A stretch of DNA of 64,000 bases from positions 71,610,001 to 71,674,000 of the forward strand of contig NC_043008.1 in NCBI RefSeq assembly GCF_006345805.1, written 5' to 3'. Source of the stretch: Octopus sinensis. Its lineage: Eukaryota. The translations under genes and the position numbers were made by a program. Below, piece after piece: positions 55,022-64,000 of this stretch. The first letter of the stretch is position 1. Every line of letters starts with the position of its first letter. Under the pieces are notes generated by a model. It saw nothing but the letters and a program-made list of their open reading frames with translations. It was not told where the DNA came from and ran no database searches.

Positions 55022-55487
55022 TCATACAAGCATGGACATATATATATATATACAAGCGATTTGTTGATTATTAACGCTATTCAATTTCTACTGTAGCCAT
55101 AAATGTCACATCATAATTATGTCTTACTATAAATAACTACATTTTTATAGATTTTAAATCTTAATTACGTTCACAGTTTTATTATTATAAGTCTTATTAC
55201 TATCCATTTTTTATATTTTTAAAGTCAATCGTAAACTCAACGCTTATCTGTGCGAAACATATATGCGTATATACATAATATCCGTGTATGTAACATATAC
55301 ATAAACATATCTATCTGTCTATGTACGCATGTATGTATGTTTGTATGTATGTATGTATGTATGTATGTATGTATGCATGTATGCATGTATATGTATATAT
55401 ATATATATATATATGTATCTATATTATATATTATATATATATAATATATATATCAACGTAGCTAGCTAGTTAGCTATCATATATATA

Positions 55488-55879
55488 GGCGGTGATTTGG
55501 CAGAAACGTTAGCACGCTGGGTGAAATGCTTAGCGGTATTTCGTCTGCCGTAACGTTCTGAGTTCAAATCACGCCGAGATCGACTTTGCCTTTCATCCTT
55601 TCGGGGTTGATTAAATAAGTACCAGTTACGCACTGGGGTCGATATAATCGACTTAATCCGTTAGCCTGTCCTAGTTTGTCCTCTCTGTGTTTAGCCCCTT
55701 GTGGGTAGTAAAGAAATAGGTATTTCGTCTGTCTTTACGTTCCGAGTTCAAATTCTCTCGAGGTCGACTTCATCCTTTGGGGGTCGATAAATTAAGAACC
55801 AGTTTCATACGAGGGTCAATCTAACCGACTGACGTTCTCTCCAAAAATTTCGTGCTTAGTTCCTAAAGTAGAAAAGAAT
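55488..55879 (+). mobile_element. tRNA-derived SINE (family 2) with duplicated central domain
   Basis: tatttcgtctg..tacgtt..gagttcaaat..gag.tcgactt..catcctt..ggggt.gat.aa.taag.accagtt occurs twice (55537 and 55721). Confidence 0.9.
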
Positions 55880-56019
55880 GTATATAAATGTGTGTTTATA
55901 TATATATAATATACGTAGCCACTTCAACGTGGTTTGTCCGTTTGAACTGATTCTACAAATTTAATTTACCCGTCTAATCTGTTACGAATTCCAGCGCTCG
56001 TAAATTGGCGAGCATCGGG

Positions 56020-56440
56020 GGACTGCTAACCTCTCCTACCATCTAGCAACGGCAGCAGTAGACCACTCCTGGTTTCGGGCTATTCGTAGCCACTTCAATA
56101 TGCAGCTCTGAATCGTTGACCAGCCAGAGGACATGTCCTTTTGGGGTTAAAACATCGTTGTGGATTCCGTGCGAAGAAGCAGCCATGTTCAAGTGACTAC
56201 GAATATTACTAAACAGTACAACTTTTGCTTTGATTTCTTAGAGAGTTTTTAGAAATAGCATTTTTTCTTGATGCAACATCAGTAACTGTGTTATCTTGAA
56301 ATATATACATTGCAAGCAGAAGCGAACTACTGTTACCCCTAGCAGACGAGGTGTCCAGTACCGAAAAATGGCAGAAATAGACCAAAGTCAGGAGTAGTCT
56401 GCTAGTGCGATTGCTAGAAGTTGGAAGGAGTTTGCTCCCC
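56020..56440. repeat. Nested imperfect inverted repeats (MITE-like)
   Basis: Outer arms 56020-56084 and 56376-56440. Inner arms 56082-56107 and 56178-56204. Confidence 0.6.
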
Positions 56441-56597
56441 CCACCCCCTCGCAATGTATTTTTAACCAGCTAGGAGGAGTAGGGAATCACCAACAAATGG
56501 TTGATGCTGCGACGCGGTCTTACCGCACATGTTCCAATACTATACTATACATCCATGAATCTATCCATATATATATATATGTGTGTGTGTGTATATA

Positions 56598-56900
56598 TCT
56601 CTTATTATAAAAGGCAGATTTTATCTGCCTCCCTTTGTCTCTTATAGAAATCTACAATATAGGATTTCTTCAATTACAATTTACCTAGCATTTTAAAGAG
56701 TAGAATAAATCGGGTCGTGCCAGGTCCAGTTTTTAAAATTTCAACCCCAATTAAGCAAAATTTAGAGAAAACTAACATTGTGGTGTGTTAGTCAAATGCT
56801 TTTCTTAGTGTGGGCTACAGCACACACACACGCACACACACACGCACACACACACAAAAAGGGAGCGATCTGATTCACTCACGCTATCACTCTAATTTCT
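56598..56900 (+). mobile_element. Helitron-like element (family A), 5' part
   Basis: A|TC start, tattataaaaggcagattttatctgcctccc. Homolog at 24480-24780. No CTAG 3' end identified. Confidence 0.65.
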
Positions 56901-57319
56901 ACGACGTTCTCTTTGCAAGTTTGCAACGATTAAAGTGAAAACAGTGAATCTGAGAGCTCCGACAGCGATAAAGAAAATGAATTGGCACCTGAATGGAGTG
57001 AAAATTAAAAAACTGTTTCTTTCGGTGATTTTTCTGAAGAAACTGGACCAAGCCACAAGACTTTCCCGAAGAAGTAAAGCCTTAGACTATTTCTTTTTAC
57101 TTTTTCGAATGAGCCCATTTGAAATCATTACGGCGGAAACGAACCGTTACGCCTAAACGTAAACAAAGCGAAAGAAAGAATAGTTGTTGTTTCCCACCTT
57201 AAATGAAATTAAGACTATTTTGCCATAAATATTATTATGGGTATCAGAAAGTTTACCCAGAATAACAAATTCTATCGTAAAATTTTGTTTGTATACCCCC
57301 ATTGAATATTAGCTAATAA

Positions 57320-57597
57320 CCCATTTTCTATAGCGATGATTTTGAACCAAATTTTAATAATTTTATATTTTGTTGAATTTACCTGTATCTACCTGCAATT
57401 AGATTCACTTTGTGACAAAAATTATAGTAATAATTGGTTGAGAAACATTTCATTAAATTATCTTCCAAATTCATGTTCATATATTGATAAATAAAAAAGT
57501 TATAGTTGTTTAATGAAACCAGACTAAATTTATGATTACGTTGAAATTATTGAAACACATAAGGGGTTTTTTGGTCAGAAATATAGTAACGAAAGGG
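57320..57597. mobile_element. piggyBac-like MITE, left end eroded
   Basis: Right end gtaacgaaaggg|TTAA. Left end ataa|cccattttc is only a degenerate match. Confidence 0.45.
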
Positions 57598-57689
57598 TTA
57601 AGAAAAACCAAAAAATATTTTATTCTTTATAAATGTTGTTTTCAGAATAACATTTCTTTTAAGAATGTTATATAACTACGTGGCTTATA

Positions 57690-58000
57690 TCTTTATATAT
57701 AAAAGTGAAGTTGTGTGTCTGTCTCCTACGATTTAGATTCCTAACTACTCCCACATTTTGCGGTGCAGTTTAAAAAAATTTACCATCATATTTTTCCATT
57801 TTAATGCATTTTTTCGCTATTATATAAAGGAAGTAACTCTCTAAAAATATCTACGATGTGTCAACGATTAAAAAGAAATTTACCCTAATTTTTTTTCCAT
57901 TTTTAATGCATTTTTTGCTATTTTTTGGCTATAAATCTCTAAAAATGCTTATATAGTTATTTCCCTTACAAACCCAAGCAACGCCGGGCGATACTGCTAG
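57690..58000 (+). mobile_element. Non-autonomous Helitron (family B), internally deleted
   Basis: A|TCtttatatataaaagtg ... cccaagcaacgccggg-cgatactgCTAG|T. Confidence 0.88.
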
Positions 58001-58619
58001 TATATATATAAATATATATATATATATACATATATGTATATATATATATACATAGATATACAACGTACATCATCATAATACTACATACATATATATAAAT
58101 ATAAATATATAATATATTAATATATATATTATTAATATATGTGTTGTGTGTATGTGTGTGTGTGTGTGTGTGGTGTGGTGTGTGTGAGTGTGTGTGTGTA
58201 CTTATATGTGCGTAACAGAGAGAATAGATTTATTGGTAAAGAACAATCGCGTCGGAATATGAACGTATAACCAGTTATGAATTTTTTGAAATATTTTAAA
58301 TTATAAATTTATAACTCCGTAACCTAAGTATAATCAATTCAGCTTCAAAACATGATTTAATAATATCCTCTGCTTCTAATGATAACAATCATTGCTTACC
58401 TTCCCCTAAAATTTATTTGACTCAAGATTAATTTACAAAATATCCTTCTTACTAATAAGGTGGAATGAAAATTGCTTATGGTAGCATGTAACTGTAATAT
58501 TATCACGCATTTCTTAGGATCTATTAGGACAAGCGAATTCTCACACGCATATATATATATACGTAATGACATATTTACAAATATATATATATATATATGT
58601 ATACTATTTATCTCCCTAC

Positions 58620-58675
<56 letters not shown>

Positions 58676-58707
58676 ATATATATATATATATATCAAACAT
58701 ATATATT

Positions 58708-59107
58708 CTCTCTTTACTCTTTTACTTGTTTCAGTCATTTGACTGCGGCCATGCTGGAGCACCGCCTTTAATCGAGCAACTCGACCCCGGAACTTATTCT
58801 TTTGTAAGCCCAGTACTTATTCTATCGGTTCTTTTGTCGAACCGCTAAGTAACGGGGACATAAACACACCAGCATCGGTTGTCAAGCAATGCTAGGGACA
58901 AACACAGACACACAAACACACACACATATATATATTCATATACATATATACGACGGGTTCCTTTCAGTTTCCGTCTACCAAATCCACTCACACGGCTTTG
59001 GTCGGCTCGAGGCTATAGTAGAAGACACTTGCCCAAGGTGCCACGCAGTGGGACTGAACCCGGAACCATGTGGCTGGTAAACAAGCTACTTACCACACAG
59101 CCACTCT
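58708..59107 (-). mobile_element. tRNA-derived SINE (family 1), near full length
   Basis: Reverse complement of 42104-42571. Confidence 0.92.
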
Positions 59108-59230
59108 ACGAAGAAACATTCACATGCACCTACTTATATTTGTATATACATACATGTATACTGACATTTATCTATATGTATGTGTGTATACATACATACT
59201 ATAATATATATAATTATATATATATAATAT

Positions 59231-59286
<56 letters not shown>

Positions 59287-59305
59287 ATATATACACATAC
59301 ATATA

Positions 59306-59376
<71 letters not shown>

Positions 59377-59545
59377 TACTAAATCCGTATATCTTAGTAT
59401 TTCGAAACCGTTGATTACAATCTAGTGATAATGTGTCTGTGTGTTATCAAGTTAAAGATCTATTGACTATTGAAGAACGTTGTAACCATTAGACAGCGTT
59501 TGTATATAGTGATATGTAGACAATATACTTTGGTGTATATATATA

Positions 59546-59579
<34 letters not shown>

Positions 59580-59648
59580 CATATATATATATATATATGA
59601 ATAAACAAGTCAAATAGAAAATGCTAAAAAATTTTATAAAGAACATTT

Positions 59649-59685
59649 CAGTACCGTTTCTGTCATTTTGAGACCTTTTCAACTG
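59649..59685 (-). ncRNA. Minimal hammerhead, U3-A8 variant
   Basis: cag TTGAAAA g GTC tcaaaat GAC a GAA AC G GT A ctg. Confidence 0.55.
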
Positions 59686-60053
59686 TATCGATTAAATAAT
59701 TAAATTTAGAAATTAGAAGAAAAGTTTTTTTAAAGGAATATTTGTATAGTTTTCAAATATAAGTGGCATTCTGCCTTTCTGTGACTCCCTTGTTTGCACT
59801 TGTGTGTTCGAGGTCGTTGTGAATTCTTGGTAGGGTAGAAGAAGAAGAAGGCTGATGAGGAGAGGGGGTGGAAAAATTTGGGAGTGCCGGGATTGTTGTA
59901 TTTTGAATGGTCAGTGACGGCTAGCAGTTGCAGTTCAATTCAGGAGAATATTTCTATTGAGAGGTTTGTTTATGGAATATGCGTAGGTGTTTTACTAAAA
60001 AGCATTAGTGATAAAGTTAAGAGGTAGAAGGTGGAGCAGCAGAAGAAGAAGAA

Positions 60054-60085
<32 letters not shown>

Positions 60086-60379
60086 AGAAGATGACGATGT
60101 TGATGATGATGATGATGATGATTATGAAGAAGAAGATGATGATGATGATGGTGGTGATGATGATGACGACGATGATGATGATAATGATGATGATGAAGAA
60201 GTAGAGGAAGAAGAAGAAAACAGAGAAGGGAGAATATGAATGGGTGAAAGTAGTGAGGTGTTGTATGACTTTAAGTTTGCATGTTATGGATTATAGTTGT
60301 AATTGGGGCTGATTAGTAATGGATTCTTTGGAATGTAATATTTGTGTGTGTATTTCTTTTATTCTAAAGTTGAGGTATA

Positions 60380-60868
60380 TTAATCGTTTGTCGTAGACCC
60401 GTTAAGAAGTGGCCTGTATTTTGTAATAAAGAGAGTTTCTTTACTTATTCGTTGTCTCGAGGTTGTATCGTCCCTAAATTGGTAGAGGGGGAAAGTCCTG
60501 AAGCCTGGTGTTTTGTTGTTGGCGCAAGTATCTATGTGTTGGCTGAAAGCTATTTTTCTGTTTTGGGGAATTTTTATCTGGGATCTGTGCAGGGCCATTC
60601 TTCTACGCAAACTATTTTTTGTTTGGCCTATGTACTGCTCTTGACACCCGGAGCAGGTTAGTGAGTACATTAGGTTCTCCAAAGCACATGTGAAGTTGCT
60701 TTTCACTGTAAACCGTTGTCCCTGTTTGAAGGAGAACTCTGATCCCTCAAATAGATAGTCGCATATCCCGCAATTGGATCTTCCACATTTTTTTACTGTC
60801 GGCTTCTGTGTTGAAGAGTGAATTCAGGCTTGTGTTAGGAGACTTTTCATGGATTTAGGCTGTCTCTT
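60380..60868 (-). pseudogene. PLE linker + GIY-YIG endonuclease, one in-frame TGA
   Basis: KRQPKSMKSLLTQA*IHSSTQKPTVKKCGRSNCGICDYL..FTC..LMYSLTCSGCQEQYIGQT..LRRRMALH..HIDTC..KETLFITKYRPLLN. Confidence 0.9.
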
Positions 60869-60889
60869 GTATATATATATATACATACA

Positions 60890-61060
60890 CATATAACCTA
60901 CCAACATGCCAAGGACCAACATGGAGGCAGCCTGGGTCAACTTGGCATCCGCATCTTATCCAAGTACCCAAATGACCCAGCATTCACGCAAATACAGGAG
61001 CACCTCCTCATCAATTATACTTCCCCACATTTCTATAACCAGCTTACACAGGTAGAGTAG
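60890..61060 (+). pseudogene. C-terminal half of a second, different PLE-type GIY-YIG domain (not in ORF track)
   Basis: HITYQHAKDQHGGSLGQLGIRILSKYPNDPAFTQIQEHLLINYTSPHFYNQLTQVE*. Fits H..H..I-x-IL..Q-I-x-E-x-LLI..P-x-x-x-N. Followed by a UTR with an HHR at 61617. Confidence 0.5.
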
Positions 61061-61616
61061 AGACGTTAGTGAGCTTTTACGTTGATAGATGTATGTGCTT
61101 GTGTGTGTAAGTGTATGTATATATATGTATATTCACATGTATGTACGCATATGCAGATCAAAATACAAGCGGTTAGGTACATAATTTGTATAAACAAACA
61201 AGGAAACAAGCACACATACACAAGTGAAAACTGAAACACAAGAACATATACACACACTCTTTATTTCAGACAGGGATACATATAGAGACACACGTCCACA
61301 CATATAGGGATACACATACAAGTACGGTACATAATAGCAAAACATACACACGCACATATACACACACACTCAGACATGCACACACAAGGAGACAGAGGTA
61401 TACACACACGCATAAAATTACACAAATAGGGACACACAAAGACATGAGTATGCAGAATACATACATACAAATGTACACTCATACATAAATACAGGCATAC
61501 ACACATACATGCATACATACATACATACATGCATGTGTAAGCATACAGAAACACTAACCCACTTGCTCAAAAACAAACAGAAATGAAGGCAGTGTGAATA
61601 ACGGATATTGTCAAAA

Positions 61617-61653
61617 CTATTGAAAAGGTTGCAACACGCAACGAAAATTTTAG
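61617..61653 (+). ncRNA. Minimal hammerhead, U3-A8 variant, intact core
   Basis: cta TTGAAAA g GTTGC aacac GCAAC GAA A AT T T tag. Palindromic AATT stem III. Confidence 0.65.
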
Positions 61654-61741
61654 AAAAATAAAGGAAATAAGTGGAAATTTTACCGGTGTGTGAATTAAAC
61701 TATAAGGCACTAAAAGAGAATGACTCTCCCAAGACACAACA

Positions 61742-61777
<36 letters not shown>

Positions 61778-61779
61778 TT

Positions 61780-62142
61780 ACGTGGTACTCAGTCGGTGAC
61801 GACGACGAGTATTCCAGTTGATCCGATCAACGGATCAGCCTACTTGTGAATTTAACGTGCAAATGGATGAGGACTCCACACACATGTGTACGCTTGACGT
61901 AGTTCCTGTGGGGATTCAGCGTGACACAGAGTGTGACAAGATGGGCCCTTCGACATACAGGTACAACAGAAAGAGGAAGAAAGAATGAGAAAAAGTTATG
62001 GTGAAAGAGTACCACCCCCTGCCGGACCCTGGTTGGACTACGTGTTTTCGCTCAATAAACACTCACAACACTCGGTCCGGGAATCAAAACCGTGATCCTA
62101 TGACCGAGTCCGCTGCCTAAACCACTGGGACACTGTGACTCC
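61780..62142 (-). mobile_element. tRNA-derived SINE (family 4)
   Basis: Minus strand A-box-like tgtcccagtggtttag, B-box-like ggttttgattccc, 3' body ccgttgatcggatcaactggaa..cgtcgtc. Confidence 0.8.
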
Positions 62143-62163
62143 ACACCCACATACTCATGCACG

Positions 62164-62199
<36 letters not shown>

Positions 62200-62339
62200 T
62201 ATATATTACCTGGAAATGGATGCGTAGCGTTCGATCATATAGTAATATAAATAATATATAGATATATGCATATATACATACATGTATGTACATACCTACA
62301 CGCACATATATATATTATTATATATATATATATACATGC

Positions 62340-62600
62340 ATAAATGGGCACAGGACATAAAAAACGTGAACAAAATGAGAAACGAGAACATAAAAAGGAA
62401 AAACATAGAAAACGAACATTTTTTCGAACAACGGAAGAAACAAATAGAGAAATGAGACAAGCAACAAAAATAACATTCCCTTCATCAGTTGTCGCTGTTT
62501 CATCTACTCCGCGTTTTAGAAGCGACTTCGTTGAAACAGTTCTTCCCGCAAAGCAAATTAAATAAAATTTGGGATTTTTTGCGGAGGGTTAAAGTGGCAA
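62340..62600 (-). repeat. Interspersed terminal-type repeat (homolog of 39100-39265)
   Basis: See 39100-39265. Flanked at a distance by direct repeats at ~62207 and ~62961. Confidence 0.6.
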
Positions 62601-63720
62601 GAACAGCAGAAATGTAAGAACAAATCAGTAAAAATAAATGGTGAGGGCTGTTAATCCATGATGAGGTGAAGATTTAAACGCTGGTAATATGAGCTTTGAG
62701 AAGAGACAAGCAAAAGTACGTCGTGTCTTTAGGAAGGAAGTGGAAGAAAGAAAGATTGATAGTCGTTGGTCACATGCAAGGAACAAGAGAGTCAAGGAGG
62801 AAGAGTAAGAGAGAGAGAGAGAGAGAGAACGGTGAACGATAGAGGAGAAGAATAGGGTTGGAGAGAAAAAAACAGAAAGGAAGAAGGACCAGAGAGGGAG
62901 ATAGATAGAAAGAATAGAGATAGGATGTCGTTTGCGCATCGGAATTATTAAAATAAAACTTACTTGGAAATGGATGCGTGGCGTTCGATCATATAATGAT
63001 ATAAATAATATATATATATATATATATATTATATGCACATATGCATACATATATGTGCATATGCATGTATATATACACATATATGTAGGTATGTACAAAT
63101 ATGTATATATGCATGTATTTGTATAATATATATATATACACACGGAGTGAGAGAGAAAGAATATTCTGATGCTTGCAGTATAGTATTTATTAGATTTGCT
63201 GACTGTTGCTAATAAAATATTTCTCACATCTTAGACGTGAATTATTTCTAAATTTTAGACGGTTTATGAGAATCAATAAGGTGTAATTAATACATATGTT
63301 TCAGATATTTTTGATCAGATCAACAATGACGAATTCTCTATAGGTTAATATTATATAAATATTGGTAAAATTCAAGTTATACCACTTCTAAAGTAAACTG
63401 ACTTTTATAAATTACTTAATATATATATATTAGCAATAGTCGGCGCAGAACAAATCAGTTGCTTCACAGACTTCAAAACGATCGGTTGGGAATCTCTAAT
63501 CATGGTAACATGTGCTGAAGAAGCTGAGGTTTATTTTGCCAGTGTAGAAACCGGACCACGCGAGTCCAGTCACTTAAATATATGTTAGTAGATTGCCTTA
63601 ACCCGATTTTGCCTTCGTTTGATTTCTGTAGTTAACATTAGTGTATCTTATGGCGATTTAATAAGAGTTTTGACTGTTATTTCAAGCAGGTAGACATACT
63701 TATTATGTACTTTGATCAAT

Positions 63721-63779
<59 letters not shown>

Positions 63780-63784
<5 letters not shown>

Positions 63785-64000
63785 ATTTCAACAATTGAGG
63801 GTAAAATTAATTAATTATTAATCAATTTCGCCAAGTATTCAGTATGTAAAGGGACCATTTTAGGCGATTCAAAATATTACATTATATATAAGGGCTTAGT
63901 AAAATAAATTACTTTGCCACATACTGAACTCATTAGAAATAGCAGCTAAAGAAATTTCTTTAGCTATTTCTAATACTTAAAGAAGATCTCTCTCAGATAG
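63780..64000. repeat. Probable element end with a 19-bp hairpin, cut by the window edge
   Basis: attagaaatagc(agc)taaagaa-at-ttctttagctatttctaat at 63932-63974. Confidence 0.35.

Larger units (their letters stand above)
59595..60870 (-). mobile_element. 5'-truncated Penelope-like element, Neptune-type
   Basis: Cys-rich linker plus GIY-YIG, long 3' UTR with trinucleotide arrays, terminal HHR variant. Confidence 0.88.

Noticed and set aside
56055-56095. Minus-strand ACGAATA GCCC GAAACCA-ggag-TGGT-C
   Set aside because: U4 is changed, there is no real stem II, and stem I is out of register.
62465-62505. CTGATGA with an upstream GAAAC on the minus strand
   Set aside because: Spacing is too short for type II and there is no paired downstream GAAA for type I.
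63815-63850. Minus-strand CTGAATA cttggc GAAATTGATT
   Set aside because: C3/U8 mismatch, and neither stem I nor stem II pairs.

Overview
AT-rich, microsatellite-saturated animal genomic DNA. The repeat content (tRNA-derived SINEs, R4/Dong, CR1-group and RTE LINEs, Penelope-like elements, Helitrons, MITEs) is typical of an octopus/cephalopod intergenic or large intronic region; the organism is inferred, not proven. I could not support any host protein-coding exon, and almost all listed ORFs are microsatellite read-throughs. The real coding remnants all come from transposons: a near full-length but broken R4/Dong LINE (3756-7015, minus), Penelope-like (PLE) GIY-YIG fragments (28974-29240, 60380-60870, 60890-61060), CR1-group and RTE 3' fragments, and a 66-bp hAT transposase scrap. 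The main signals not explained by the ORF track are: (1) nine PLE-associated hammerhead-ribozyme (HHR) folds plus weaker candidates, from several unrelated families, whose core 3-8 pair reads C-G, U-A or A-U, with a U6 variant in two copies; (2) a 138-nt foldback at 13515-13652 whose symmetric mismatches are all tandem G.A pairs and whose cap is the GCGAAAGC mini-hairpin, so one strand folds much better than the other; (3) a same-orientation array of (TAA)n-inserted retroelements at 1755-7015. All structures were folded by eye and none has been tested.
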